Shown here piece after piece: positions 11,429-23,134 of a stretch of DNA of 64,000 nt. The notes beneath the pieces were generated by a model. The model worked only from the letters and a program-made list of their open reading frames with translations, was not told the origin of the DNA and did not search any database. Numbering within the stretch: the first letter of the stretch is position 1; each line of letters starts with the position of its first letter. The translations under genes and the position numbers were made by a program. The DNA is taken from contig CAWCYI010000004.1 in assembly GCA_963799845.1 (NCBI GenBank), forward strand, positions 1,632,001 to 1,696,000, in the 5' to 3' direction. The stretch is from an uncultured Nitrososphaerota archaeon (GTDB lineage Archaea; Thermoproteota; Nitrososphaeria; Nitrososphaerales; CADDZS01).

Positions 11429-12503
11429 TTGGATCACAGTTCTATGCCAAAAGGGAGAAGACCTCATACAAATTTGCCACGAAAGAGGACTGGATTCGCA
11501 ATTGTAGGACTTGCATCTCACCACTCTGAATTTATCGCCCTCGCTCTTCAGAGTCTCCCGGAAACCTTCCTTGTTGGTGCCTATGATGAAGACACGAGAC
11601 GAGCTAGGAAGTTTTGTGGAAAATTTAACACGAAATATTTCAGTGACCTCGATGTCTTGCTACGCGATCCCGATGTTGAAATCGGCGTCGTGACAGGTGA
11701 GAATTCGCGCAAGGGGGATCTCTCAATCGCAATCGCTCGAGCTCAAAAGCATGTGTTGTGTGACAAGCCACTCGGAATCAGTGCGCGCGAATCTAGAGAT
11801 ATTATCAACAGCTGCAGAAAGGCCCGCGTGCGCCTTCAAGTAGGCTATGTATCTAGATATGTGGAAGAAGTTCAGCGAGCAAGGCGCTTTACAATGTCAC
11901 ACAAGTTAGGCAAAGTGAGATTCACTAATGTCGAAAATAGAGTCGACAGTGGCCTCGTGAAGCAACTGTCTCCTTGGCTAATGAAAAAGGGACTGGCGGG
12001 TGGAGGTGCACTCCTCGAGCACTCGGTTCACGCGATCGATTTAGCTTTATGGTTCAACGAAAGTCCACCTCGCTCGGTCTTTGCAGTTTCCGCCAAGAAC
12101 TTGGATAATGCTTACGACCTCGAGGACAACTTCGCGATCTTGATACAATTCCAGAATGAGTCGATAGCTCTTATTGACGGGAGCTGACAGCCGGCCGAGC
12201 TCTGGAAGACGTGGTGACTTGGTCTTCAAGATCCAGGGTAGTCTGGCTCAACTTGATTTTTCGGTGGCAAACCCTGAATTGAGGGAATATCGAGGCGAAG
12301 AACCACAGATAGAAACGAAGTATTATCAGAGCCGGGGCGCGTCAAGCGAAGAGGCGTCTGGCGTAAGAATGATAGAAGATCTGCTCCGATCGGTGAGAAC
12401 AGGTTCGGAACCCCTGACAAACGGAGGTGTTGGAGAAAGGGTGAATCTCATCGTTGACGCAAGCTACAGATCTCTCGCAACTGGCGCCGAAATTCAATTG
12501 TGA
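11429..12503 (+). CDS. Gfo/Idh/MocA oxidoreductase, paralog of 9330-10370 (frameshift near 12186)
   Basis: KHVLCDKPLG, ENRVD, LLEHSVH. Removing one G restores IDGSYSRPSSGR, matching IDGSYCRPSSGR in the paralog. Confidence 0.88.
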
Positions 12504-12526
12504 CCACTCGACTGTAAGTTGGATCT

Positions 12527-13381
12527 TTGATCGGGCTAGAGAAATCAATGCAAAACCAGAAAAAAACTCAAATCGCGACGACGGTTGACTGCCACGTTCA
12601 CGTTTGGCCAGATTCACTTGTCCAACGAAACTTGGAAACCATAAAAAACAAGTCCGGCATTTCTCCTGCTTTTGACGGAAGCATTTCGTCCCTTCACGAA
12701 TCAATGGGACGGTCTGGCATGACGATTTCAATCGTGAACAACTTGGTTTTGCGAGCTGATCTTGTGAAGAAAGCAAACGACTGGACTGCATTGACAGTTT
12801 CAAGAAGTCGTGACTTGGTTGGCATGGGGTGGGTAATTGCGGGCTTACCCGAATCTGTCGAGGAAGCGCGGAGATGTATTTCAGAGTTGAATTTCAAGGG
12901 AGTCAAAATGCATCATTCGCACTCGAAGATCTTTCCGGACGATTCCAAAAACTATCCGATTTACGAGAAGCTTTCGGAGCTTGGGGTGCCTGTGCTGTTC
13001 CACTGTGGAAAGAATCCATATACGAACAGTTCAGAAGTGCAATTCTCTGCTCCTTGGAGGTTTCGACAGGTCTTGTCATCGTTCAACAAGTTGAAGGTAG
13101 TCATGGGACATCTTGCAGGATTTGAAGACTATCCTGAAGAAGCTCTTGACTTGCTTACAAGTTTCAGTAATGCATCGACAGATACTGCGATTGAGTTTAC
13201 AACGAAAGTCGATGTTAAAGAAATAGTTAAGCTGGTAGGGGTCGACAAAATTCTTTTCGGCTCGGATTATCCCATACGTGATCCATCTACATTGCTTTCT
13301 TGGCTTAATTCGTCATTGCCGGAATCCGATGTCGGTTCTATATTGAGCGATAATCCTCGGAAACTGTTTGCAATAGCATAA
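12527..13381 (+). CDS. Amidohydrolase family (Amidohydro_2) metal-dependent hydrolase
   Basis: VDCHVHVW, FKGVKMHH, PVLFHCG, ILFGSDYP. Confidence 0.9.
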   Translation: MIGLEKSMQNQKKTQIATTVDCHVHVWPDSLVQRNLETIKNKSGISPAFDGSISSLHESMGRSGMTISIVNNLVLRADLVKKANDWTALTVSRSRDLVGMGWVIAGLPESVEEARRCISELNFKGVKMHHSHSKIFPDDSKNYPIYEKLSELGVPVLFHCGKNPYTNSSEVQFSAPWRFRQVLSSFNKLKVVMGHLAGFEDYPEEALDLLTSFSNASTDTAIEFTTKVDVKEIVKLVGVDKILFGSDYPIRDPSTLLSWLNSSLPESDVGSILSDNPRKLFAIA

Positions 13382-13402
13382 ATCTTTGGAACTGAGTTTT
13401 CT

Positions 13403-15473
13403 TTGAGTCAATTTAGGTTGGGATTTGACATCGGCGGAACTTTCACAGATCTTATAGCGATAAGGGAAGACACGGGAGAGATAACGGTAGTAAAATGCCC
13501 TACCACTCCCGACGACCCATCGCGTGGTGTAATAAGCGGATTGTCTTCTCTGTTTGAATCACTGAGTATCTCGGGAGGTGATTTGAGTATTGCAGTACAC
13601 TCTACAACGCTTGTTACGAACACAGTGATCGAACGAAAAGGGGCGAAGACAGCACTCCTGACCACTAAGGGATTCAAGGATGTTCTCGAGATCGGCAGGG
13701 AAAATAGGATCACGGTCTACGACATTTTCGAAGAAAAGCTCAAGCCGCTGATCCCGAGACGTATGCGAAAGGAAGTCAACGAGCGAGTTCTCTACGATGG
13801 AACTATTTCCAGAAAACTGGATCCGACTCAGATCGAAAATCTCAGCTAAGAATCTCAAAGCAAATTCTGTGGAATCTATCGCGATTTCTCTACTTCATTC
13901 TTACGCGAATCCGAAAAATGAGAAAGTCGTCAGGCAGATCGTTTCAAAAATCGTGCCGAATGTCAAGATCTCTATTTCTTCAGATATACTGCCCGAGTGG
14001 CGGGAGTACGAGCGAACTTCTACGACGGTGATAAATGCATACACTCAACCCCGAACTGCAAATTACATGCGAGTAATAGAATCTACCCTCAGGAGGCTTG
14101 GTTTCGCCGGGCGACTTTTCATAATGCAGTCTTCCGGCGGGCTTTCGACCGTCGATGCGGCATCAACTTTTCCAGTGAGGATAATCGAATCAGGCCCGGC
14201 TGCAGGGGCGCTAGCCGCGACTTACCTCGGGACGCTTGCAGAGACGCAAAACATGATTTCGTTTGACATGGGCGGAACTACCGCTAAATGTTGTCTGATA
14301 ATTCGCGGTGAGCCGAGAGTCACGAATGATTTCGAAGTTGCAGGCTACATGTACCTCAAGGGAAGTGGTTATCCGGTTCGGATCCCGACAATTGATCTTT
14401 TGGAAATCGGGGCAGGAGGAGGGAGCGTAGCACATTTTGAGCACGGCCTTCTAAAAGTTGGCCCCGAAAGCGCGGGTGCGGTTCCAGGGCCTGCATGCTA
14501 TCCCAATGGCGGATCAGAGCCGACAGTGACTGATGCCGATCTTGCCATGGGACTTCTAAATCCGGATTATTTCCTTGGCGGCGAAATAAGATTGGACAAA
14601 TCGAGATCTAAAGCGGTCATCGAAGAAAAAATTGCTTCAAAGCTGGGAGTGAGTGTAGAGGAGGCTGCGATGGGTATTCACGAGGTAGTCAACGCAAACA
14701 TGTCAAGAGCAATGAGAATTATCTCCGTTGAAAGAGGGCAAGATCCCGCGCTCCTTTCAATTGTGGCTTTTGGCGGGGCGGGTCCAGTTCACTCCACTAG
14801 ACTTGCACATCTTTTAAAGATCCGGAAGACGATAGTCCCACTCGCAGCTGGCGCAACCTCGGCTCTGGGACTTTTGGTTGCAGACATGAAATTTGATTTT
14901 GTTCGAACCCTGTTAGTCAGGTTGGACGAGGTTGAGGGGAAGAAAATTAGGGATCTCTATGATTCGATGAAAACAGAAGCTGACAAGATGCTTTCTGAAA
15001 CTCAGTACGGCCGTCGATACCTAAGAGCAGTGGATGTGAGATACGCGGGTCAGGCCTTCGAGCTTTCAGTACCTTTCGGAGAAGGATTCGATAACTACGA
15101 TTTGATCGAGTTGAAGAAAAAGTTCTCGGAACTATATCGCGCGAGATACGGATATACGAGTGACGATCCGATTGAGTGCGTAAACTGGAGACTGGTTGCC
15201 ATCGGAGAGGTGCCCAAAGTTTCGCTGGAGAAGAGGAACAACCGAGAAGCGGGCACTCACGATCCTCAACTCGCGATAAAGGGAAAAAGGGATGTGTGGT
15301 TCCCAGAATCGAATGGATCTGTGAAAGCAACGATCTACGACAGGTACAAATTGGTTGAAGGAAATTCCTTCGATGGACCCGCGATCATTGAAGAAAAAGA
15401 ATCCACATGTGTAATTTTGCCGGGTCAAAAGGTGATCGTAGATGCTTATTCGAACTTGGTAATCGAATCCTGA
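13403..15473 (+). CDS. Hydantoinase/oxoprolinase subunit A (frameshifted)
   Basis: [51 protein letters not shown]. Confidence 0.93.
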
Positions 15474-15481
15474 TCAGCCAT

Positions 15482-17242
15482 ATGCCGTCCAACAATTTTG
15501 ATCCAATTAGGCTAGAAATCTTGTGGAGCGGCTTAAGCTCCATCGCGGAAGAAATGGGAGTGACGTTAAAGAAAACAGCGTACTCGGAAATGGTCAGGGA
15601 AGCGAATGATTTCTCCTGTGCGCTGTTCGATTACGAGGGGAATATGATCGCCCAGACCGATTATATTGGAAGTCCAGGGCATCTGGGCTCAGTTCGCGAT
15701 GCCGTCAAGATAATGTTGCGTGAGTTTCCCACAGAGACATTGAAACCAGGGGACAGTCTGATTACAAACGATCCGTATCTCGTGGCGGGGCATCTCCCAG
15801 ACATCGCGATCGCAACGCCAATTTTCTTGGGTGGTGACTTGCTGGGTTTTGCTCTAAACATAACTCACCACACTGACATCGGGGGAAAGGTTGCAGGCGG
15901 CCATCTGGCCGATTCTAGGCAGATATTCGAAGAGGGGCTGAGGATACCAATTTCGAAGCTGCGTTCGGAAGGAAATCCGAATCGGGATCTAATCAGATTC
16001 ATCGAAAGTAATGTCAGAGTTCCTTACAAAGAGATCGGCGATTTTAACGCTCAGCTATCATCTAACTTTGTAGCAGCCAAGAGGCTCGAAGAGTTCACGA
16101 AGGACTTCCGACTTGGTCTGAAAGAATTTCACTCGCTCTCACAACAAGTTATTCAGACTGCGGAGGCTGCTATGAGATCGAGCATTTCAGAATTCAAAGA
16201 AGGAGAGTATCATTCGAGCGAATTGATGGAGTCCTTTGACGGCGATGGGAGTATCGAATTGAAGCTCAAGATTCGTGTCAAGGGATCCAGGCTTGAAGCA
16301 GACTACACCGGAACCGGTGCCCAAAGTCCCAACGGGATGAATTCTCCTCGTAACTACACCTTTGCCTACACTTCTCACGCCGTCAAGTGCATCACGAACC
16401 CAAGGATCCCGATGAACGAGGGCGTCATGAAAACGGTTGAAATGACAGTTCCCGAGGGCACAATACTCAACCCAAAGTTTCCCGCCGCAGTTGGCGGAAG
16501 GCACCTGGTAAACTGGAGAGTAAATTCATTGGTTTTCAGGGCTCTCTCAAGAGCAGCTCCAGGAAAAGTGATCGCTCCAAGCGGTGGAACAGGGAGCAAC
16601 ATGCCACAGTTTTCCGGAATAGATGCGCGCTCCGGAAAGCCATTTGTGCAGATAGTAAATCACTCGGGAGGACTCGGGGGCCGCCCTAACAAAGACGGCA
16701 TACACTGCTACCCTTTTCCAGCGAGAGCGGAGAACACTCCGATTGAGATTGTCGAGACTGTAGCTCCGATTATTATCGAAAAACTAGAGCTTGCAAGGGA
16801 TTCAGCTGGAGCCGGAAGGTTCAGGGGCGGTTGTGGCCTTGAAATGGATGTCCGGATATCAAATCCAGGCGGCGTGGTCCTTTTGAATATCTCAGGACGA
16901 GACATCTATCCTGCTCAGGGGTTATTTGGTGGAAAAGAGGGGAGCAAGTCCGAGATTCTCATACTGAGAAAATCGGGAGGGAGAAAGCGTCTCCATCCGA
17001 GAAAGATTGTCAATCTCGAGGACGGGACTGTAGTGCGATTCAAACTTCCGGGTGGAGGAGGTTATGGAAATCCAGCAGAACGAGAATTGAAGATGGTTCT
17101 GGAGGACGTAGAAGATGGGATTGTCTCCCAGGAGAGGGCGAGATCGATATACAAGATCGATGCAAGAAGAAAAGGAAGGCGATCATTACCCCTTGATTTC
17201 TCCCAGCACCGGGTTCGAAAAAAAACTAGCCAGCTTCCATGA
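15482..17242 (+). CDS. Hydantoinase/oxoprolinase subunit B
   Basis: EANDFSCAL, TNDPYLVAGHLPD, HHTDIGG, IFEEGLRIP, PGGGGYGNP. Confidence 0.93.
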   Translation: MPSNNFDPIRLEILWSGLSSIAEEMGVTLKKTAYSEMVREANDFSCALFDYEGNMIAQTDYIGSPGHLGSVRDAVKIMLREFPTETLKPGDSLITNDPYLVAGHLPDIAIATPIFLGGDLLGFALNITHHTDIGGKVAGGHLADSRQIFEEGLRIPISKLRSEGNPNRDLIRFIESNVRVPYKEIGDFNAQLSSNFVAAKRLEEFTKDFRLGLKEFHSLSQQVIQTAEAAMRSSISEFKEGEYHSSELMESFDGDGSIELKLKIRVKGSRLEADYTGTGAQSPNGMNSPRNYTFAYTSHAVKCITNPRIPMNEGVMKTVEMTVPEGTILNPKFPAAVGGRHLVNWRVNSLVFRALSRAAPGKVIAPSGGTGSNMPQFSGIDARSGKPFVQIVNHSGGLGGRPNKDGIHCYPFPARAENTPIEIVETVAPIIIEKLELARDSAGAGRFRGGCGLEMDVRISNPGGVVLLNISGRDIYPAQGLFGGKEGSKSEILILRKSGGRKRLHPRKIVNLEDGTVVRFKLPGGGGYGNPAERELKMVLEDVEDGIVSQERARSIYKIDARRKGRRSLPLDFSQHRVRKKTSQLP

Positions 17243-18363
17243 ATCCAATTCCGTGAAGCATTGGAAGATAATTTTTCAGAGAATCAGCATCTTTTCCGAT
17301 TGCTTGGAATGCCCTGAATAGCAGCTCACTATTCTCGATTACCATACTGCTGAACCGTCTTGCCTCTTTTTCATATTGCCCGAGAACTTGCTCACTGAAC
17401 GGATCACTCGAACCTCTCGATATCACTTTTCCGAATACTGAAATGTCGTTAAAGACCATCGACATTCCCTGTCCGAGCATCGGGTGGGTGGTGTGGGCAG
17501 CATCTCCGATCAGAATTACGCCTCTTCTCCAAAACTCATTCGCCTGACGCCGGATGACGCGGTAAAAGATACCAACATCCCGAACTCTCAAATCATTTAC
17601 ATATGGCACCCTCATTCGCAGTTTATCGTTGATTTGGTCCTTGTCCATTGGAATCCATTCTTTCAACTGTTCCGTGGACAGCTCGACCGCTGCTCGCATT
17701 CGATTATTCGGCATCGAAAATAGACCCACAAAACCTTCAGGACTCAGGCAGTGCTGCCCACCCTTGAAGCCAGATGACTTGTCAAGGATTACCATCTGAT
17801 AGCCGACATTGTAATCTACCATGTCAACAGCAATTCCCAGCTGACTCCGGAGAGAAGAGGAACCGCCATCCGCGACGACAATCAGATCACCCGTCAATTC
17901 GTATTCGCTCGAACCTTTATTGTATCTCACCAATTTTCTGTCATCCGCTGTGTCGACTATGCTCCGAGCTTCGGCACCATAAATTACCTCGAAATTCGTA
18001 TCTCTTAGGGCATCGTGGAGCGATCTAACAAATTGAGTGTGCGGCAAATACATCTGGGGAAAGTTTCTCGCCAGGATATCGTATTCTATCACTCCTATCA
18101 AACCCTTCTTTGAATGCCACACTTCCTCCAAAGGCTTGCGAACTACTACCGGTCCCTTTGCATTGACATTGTCAATTACCCCAATTTCATTGAGGATTTT
18201 AACAACCTCCGGACGTATCGCTTCACCACGCTTGACGTTTCCAAGGTTTTCTTCAGAGCTTTTCTCCAGGACGGTGACCGAGAGCCTCTTCTGAGATCCG
18301 TGCTAGGGAGCAAGCTAGACCCGCGCCCGCAACTCCACCACCACAGATAACCACCTTCTTCAT
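17226..18363 (-). CDS. FAD-dependent monooxygenase (UbiH/PHBH-like; frameshift near 18280)
   Basis: Manual start MKKVVICGGGVAGAGLA at 18363; VVADGGSS; LIGDAAHTTHPMLGQGM. Confidence 0.88.
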
Positions 18364-18416
18364 TTTCCTTCCTTGTCTTCGACAATATTAGTCTCGCGCA
18401 TGTTTATATTTGAAGC

Positions 18417-18797
18417 ATGGCAGTCTCAACCCTCAGCTTGACCCAAATTGTGCACGTGAAGCCTAAAGCATCTGACAGAAAAGGAAAGGAGATGGCCACT
18501 TATTTCGCCATAGACAAATCAGCTGGATCCAATAATATGGCAGTAAAATATGATGTGATTCCACCAAAAACAAAAACAGACACGCACGCCGAGGCTCATC
18601 CCACAGATGCGATCATATGCATGATTTCGGGCGAATTGACTTTCTACGTCACAGCTCCCGTGAAGAAAACTTTCAAAATTCGTGCTGGAGACTTTGTTTT
18701 CGTGCCGGCTGGTGAAACTCACTACGCGGAGAATTTCTCTAGAACGAAAGCCGCCGAAGCAATCGTATGCATTCCCAGTTCAGGCTTCGTAAACTAA
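18417..18797 (+). CDS. Cupin domain protein
   Basis: HAEAHPTDAIICMISGEL...AGDFVFVPAGETHYAEN. Confidence 0.85.
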   Translation: MAVSTLSLTQIVHVKPKASDRKGKEMATYFAIDKSAGSNNMAVKYDVIPPKTKTDTHAEAHPTDAIICMISGELTFYVTAPVKKTFKIRAGDFVFVPAGETHYAENFSRTKAAEAIVCIPSSGFVN

Positions 18798-19324
18798 ATC
18801 GCATTAGTGAAAAAGCAGCGTGAGATTTCACGCAAGTTCTCTGTCTCTTGTTTGTCTTCTGTACCTGCAGACCTACTTCACTTTCTAAAGCCATTGTTTT
18901 ACTCTATTGATTTATTATGCCATTTTCGTCCTTTTCTACACGGGGGCGCAATTGTGCGTACCGAAGAGCTCGTTTCAAGCTCTTCTGGCAATTTCTTTTG
19001 CTATTGTTTAGTTATGAAGACATTGCTGGCTTTTTACAGTAAAATTACGGTAATAATGACCGATGTCGGTCGCACTGGGGGTAGTCTTGTACCCGCGTAC
19101 CTCAACCCAGAATGATCGGACGCCCTGATATTTCTAAAATCAAGTAACAGCATGCCAAAGAGATGGCAGACTAATCTGTCTTTGGTGCTCATGAATAAAA
19201 AATTCGGTTTCCATTATTCTTCAAACGAATCGAGCTCGGACACAAATTCCAGCTTTCGTGCAAAAATGTTAAACTCTCGCCGCTTTTCTTGAAACACCCG
19301 AAACTTGTTTTCAAGTGAGAATCC

Positions 19325-20461
19325 ATGATCGCGGGCATCCCGAAAGAAACCGCGAGCGGGGAAAAGCGCGTCGCAATCACGCCGGACGCGATCTCCAAAC
19401 TCAAGGATTTTTCAATCCTCGTCGAGCACTCTGCCGGCGAAGCTGCAAACCTCCCCGACTCTGCCTACTCGGAAAAGGGCGCAGCGATAGCTCCCGATTC
19501 AGCATCGCTGTATTCCCAGGCAGACATCGTGTTCAAGGTGCAGCCCCCCAACCCTTCGGAGGCTGGCCAGATGAAAGAGGGCTCGACGCTCATCTCGTTT
19601 CTTTATCCGCTTGCAAACCTCGAATCAATCCGGAAGTTAGCCGCGCGCAAGGTCACAGCCTTTGCGATGGAACTTATTCCCAGAATCAGCAGGGCGCAGT
19701 CAATGGACGCGCTCTCCTCGCAGGCTAACGTCTCAGGCTACAAGGCCGTCCTGATCGCAGCCGATTCCCTGCCCAAGCTCTTCCCGATGATGATGACAGC
19801 CGCCGGCACCATCCCGCCCGCGAAGGTCTTCGTCATGGGAGCGGGTGTCGCGGGTCTGCAGGCGATAGCGACCGCGCGAAGGCTCGGCGCCCTCGTCGAG
19901 GCTTACGACGTCCGCCCCGTCGTGAAAGAACAGATAATGAGCCTCGGGGCAAAATTCGTCGAGGTCGCCGTCGAAGCAAAGGACGCGCAGACCCCCGGCG
20001 GGTATGCGAAAGCCCAGTCTGAAGATTTTTACAAAAAGCAGCAGGAGCTGCTCGCCGATCACGCCGGGATGTCGGACGTGATTATCACGACCGCGCTCGT
20101 GCCGGGACAGAAAGCTCCGATCCTTGTCTCGGAGGACGCGGTAAAGAGGATGCGCGCGGGCTCTGTGATCGTCGACCTCGCGGCGGAGCAGGGAGGCAAC
20201 TGTGCTCTAACTGATCCGGGAAAAACTGTCGTCAAGTACGGCGTGACGATCCACGGCCCCTTCAACTTACCGTCCTCCATGGCCCCACAGTCAAGCCAGC
20301 TCTACGCTCGCAACATAACTTCGTTTGTCTCCGCGATTTTCAAACAGGGCGCGATTGGAATCGACATGAAGGACGACCTGATCAAGGGACCGCTCGTGAT
20401 AAACGGCGGCGAGGTCGTGCACGAGCCGACGAAGAACGCGCTCGCGAAAGGAGGCCATTGA
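19325..20461 (+). CDS. pntA: NAD(P) transhydrogenase subunit alpha part 1 (domain I)
   Basis: GIPKETASGEKRVAITP, ISRAQSMDALSSQAN, GAGVAGLQAIATARRLGA, VDLAAEQGGNC. Confidence 0.97.
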   Translation: MIAGIPKETASGEKRVAITPDAISKLKDFSILVEHSAGEAANLPDSAYSEKGAAIAPDSASLYSQADIVFKVQPPNPSEAGQMKEGSTLISFLYPLANLESIRKLAARKVTAFAMELIPRISRAQSMDALSSQANVSGYKAVLIAADSLPKLFPMMMTAAGTIPPAKVFVMGAGVAGLQAIATARRLGALVEAYDVRPVVKEQIMSLGAKFVEVAVEAKDAQTPGGYAKAQSEDFYKKQQELLADHAGMSDVIITTALVPGQKAPILVSEDAVKRMRAGSVIVDLAAEQGGNCALTDPGKTVVKYGVTIHGPFNLPSSMAPQSSQLYARNITSFVSAIFKQGAIGIDMKDDLIKGPLVINGGEVVHEPTKNALAKGGH

Positions 20462-20464
20462 AAA

Positions 20465-20800
20465 TTGGCGACGGACGCGGCGCAGGCAGATCTGGCGGTC
20501 AACCTGCTCGTCTTCATCCTCGCGACCTTCCTCGGCGTCGAGCTCGTCCGGCACGTCTCGCGGTTGTTGCACACACCGCTCATGGCGCTCACAAACGCGA
20601 TTTCTTCGGTGTCGATAGTCGCAGGGCTCATCGTACTCTCCGAGCCGAAGGACGACTTTGTCCTGTTGCTCGTCAGCGTCGCGATCGCACTCGCCGCGAC
20701 TAACATCGTGAGCGGCTTTATGATCACCGGACGGATCCTCAGGATGTTCCGCCGCCGCGATCCCAGGGAAGCAAAGAAGGGAGAACCAGCGACCAAATGA
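20465..20800 (+). CDS. pntA: NAD(P) transhydrogenase subunit alpha part 2 (membrane)
   Basis: LHTPLMALTNAISS, NIVSGFMITGRILRMF. Confidence 0.95.
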   Translation: MATDAAQADLAVNLLVFILATFLGVELVRHVSRLLHTPLMALTNAISSVSIVAGLIVLSEPKDDFVLLLVSVAIALAATNIVSGFMITGRILRMFRRRDPREAKKGEPATK

Positions 20801-22182
20801 ACGACGTCCTCGTCTCGTACCTCTACATAATTTCCATCATTCTCTTCATCCTCTCTCTGCGGTGGATGAGCGAGGTCAAGACTTCGGAGAGAGGAAACTG
20901 GTCGGCTGTGTTCGGCCTCGCTATTGCGATCATCGGTACTCTACTCGCGTATTCAATCCAGCGAACCGACCTGCTCGCGGCAGGTTTTGCGATAGGAGCT
21001 ATCGTCGGATCGCCGATCGCTCTAAGACTTCCGATGACCGCGGTCCCGCAGAGGACTGCAATGTCCCACGCGTTTGGCTCGATGGCCGTCGCGCTGATCG
21101 GTGCATCCGAATATTACAACCGCGCGCCGAACATCGACGCGTTCACCCTTTCCGTCCTTTCTGCAGAAATGATTCTCGGATTTCTCACGTTTACAGGCAG
21201 CTGCGTTGCCTTCGCGAAACTCCAGGGACTTATCCCCGGCAATCCGCTGATCTATCCGGGCCGCGTCATCGTTAGTCTATCAACACTGGGGATCGCGATA
21301 GCCCTTGGTGTATTTTTCGTGATAAATCCAGGTGATTCTTTCATACTTCCGATCATGGCTGCGTTCGCGCTCGCGTTCGGCTTCCTACTGGTTATGGCGA
21401 TCGGCGGTGCCGACATGCCGACCGTGATCGCGATCTTGAACGCATACGCAGGGATGTCTGCGGCGGCTCTGGGTTTTGTCCTCGACAACAAGGTCCTCAT
21501 CGTCGCGGGCTCGCTCGACGGCTCCTCCGGTTTCATTCTCGCTGTCATCATGAGCCAGGCGATGAACCGCTCATTCCTCAACGTGCTTTTCGGCGGGGTC
21601 GGCGCGAAGATTGCAAAGGGCGAGGAACCCAAGACGGGGCAGAGCGCGCGCACGGTTCAGGGTTTTACGGCGGAAGACGTCGCGACGATCCTCGACAACG
21701 CGCGGACTGTAGTATTCGTCCCAGGTTATGGCATGGCGGTTTCACAGGGGCAGTACGTCGTGAAGGAGCTCGCGGATGTCCTACAATCGCGAGGTATTGA
21801 TGTCAAGTACGCAATTCATCCAGTCGCTGGAAGGATGCCGGGCCACATGAACGTCCTCCTCGCCGAGGCGCAGGTGCCGTATGAGCAGCTCTGGGAGATG
21901 GACAAGATCAACCCACTGTTTCCCGAGACCGATGTCGCGATCGTCGTGGGAGCAAACGACGTCACAAACCCAGCCGCGCGGACGAAGGCTGACTCGCCAC
22001 TCTTCGGCATGCCCATTCTCGATGTTGACAAGGCAAAGACCGTCGTGTTCATCAAGCGCTCGATGAACCCCGGCTTTTCCGGCATGGACAACGAACTCTT
22101 CTACCTCCCAAATACGATGATGGTGTTCGGCGACGCAAAGAAAGTACTCACCGACCTCCTTTCAGCTGTGAAAAAGAGTTAG
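20797..22182 (+). CDS. pntB: NAD(P) transhydrogenase subunit beta
   Basis: IGGADMPTVI, VPGYGMAV, IHPVAGRMPGHMNVLLAEA, GANDVTNPAA. Confidence 0.97.
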   Translation: MNDVLVSYLYIISIILFILSLRWMSEVKTSERGNWSAVFGLAIAIIGTLLAYSIQRTDLLAAGFAIGAIVGSPIALRLPMTAVPQRTAMSHAFGSMAVALIGASEYYNRAPNIDAFTLSVLSAEMILGFLTFTGSCVAFAKLQGLIPGNPLIYPGRVIVSLSTLGIAIALGVFFVINPGDSFILPIMAAFALAFGFLLVMAIGGADMPTVIAILNAYAGMSAAALGFVLDNKVLIVAGSLDGSSGFILAVIMSQAMNRSFLNVLFGGVGAKIAKGEEPKTGQSARTVQGFTAEDVATILDNARTVVFVPGYGMAVSQGQYVVKELADVLQSRGIDVKYAIHPVAGRMPGHMNVLLAEAQVPYEQLWEMDKINPLFPETDVAIVVGANDVTNPAARTKADSPLFGMPILDVDKAKTVVFIKRSMNPGFSGMDNELFYLPNTMMVFGDAKKVLTDLLSAVKKS

Positions 22183-22245
22183 GGTTCAGAAAAATCCATC
22201 CAAAAAACGGATGGAATGATGTTCGCGCTGCATTAGTCCAAAGTC

Positions 22246-22485
22246 TTAGTCGTTAATGTGTATACTGCCAATCCGAAAAAATAATCCGACTATTACTAGC
22301 ACGATCCCCGATATGCCTGTGTCACTTATTACTAACTGTCCTTCAGAGTTTGTAAACCCCGGAGAATAACCGTACAAAATAATCCCGGTGAATACCGAGA
22401 CCGCACTAATTACGAATACAATCATTATTTCGATTCCATTAGCCATACCCCCGGATTGAAAATGCTCGGCTATAAACCCGTACAA
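22246..22485 (-). CDS. Small two-TM membrane protein
   Basis: Two hydrophobic segments; no recognisable family. Confidence 0.45.
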   Translation of the reverse strand: MYGFIAEHFQSGGMANGIEIMIVFVISAVSVFTGIILYGYSPGFTNSEGQLVISDTGISGIVLVIVGLFFRIGSIHIND

Positions 22486-22550
22486 GTCGTATGAGAGCCC
22501 GATTCTCGCAATACTTTATACGGAAGAATTCGGCGGATAGATTTCGTCCG

Positions 22551-23129
22551 ATGCCTTATTGCCAGTACTGCGGTACCCAGATTGTTCAGCCGGATGCAAA
22601 GTTTTGCCCGAGCTGCGGGAAACCTATCGGGCTAGCGACTACACCTACGCCGAAACAGGAAACATTTTTTTCGCATCCGGGAGTTGCAGGGATGTCGAGC
22701 AATCCGGCGCCAAGCGTCCATCAAAACCTTGACTCTCGCGCAATTTTTTTCCCCGACGAGCGAATCGCATGGGAGAAAGATTTCAGGGAAGGATTGATCC
22801 ACAAGCACGTCGAGAGAGCTTACATCATCACGAACCGCCGCGTGATTGCGCTTGATATGGTTCAGGGCAGGGTCATGGTGTCGATCCCGATCAGGGACAC
22901 AGATCTGGTTGTGATGGACCGGCACAGTAGCGGAACATCGGTCGGCGGCGGAACGTACCACGAAGGGATGACAAGCTCATTCAGAACGAACACCTCGAAG
23001 AGTGTCGGCACGATTATTTTCATGACGAACGGCGTGGAGCGGATTAAGCTGGGAGGGATCGGCGATCCCGATGGAGTGAAGAACCTCTTCAATTCAATAA
23101 AGCGCGAAGTGCTCCAGAACGAAAGGTAA
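22551..23129 (+). CDS. Zinc-ribbon plus bacterial PH-like domain protein
   Basis: MPYCQYCG...FCPSCG; AYIITNRRVI and SVGTIIFMT are PH-like. Confidence 0.7.
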   Translation: MPYCQYCGTQIVQPDAKFCPSCGKPIGLATTPTPKQETFFSHPGVAGMSSNPAPSVHQNLDSRAIFFPDERIAWEKDFREGLIHKHVERAYIITNRRVIALDMVQGRVMVSIPIRDTDLVVMDRHSSGTSVGGGTYHEGMTSSFRTNTSKSVGTIIFMTNGVERIKLGGIGDPDGVKNLFNSIKREVLQNER

Positions 23130-23134
23130 CGACT

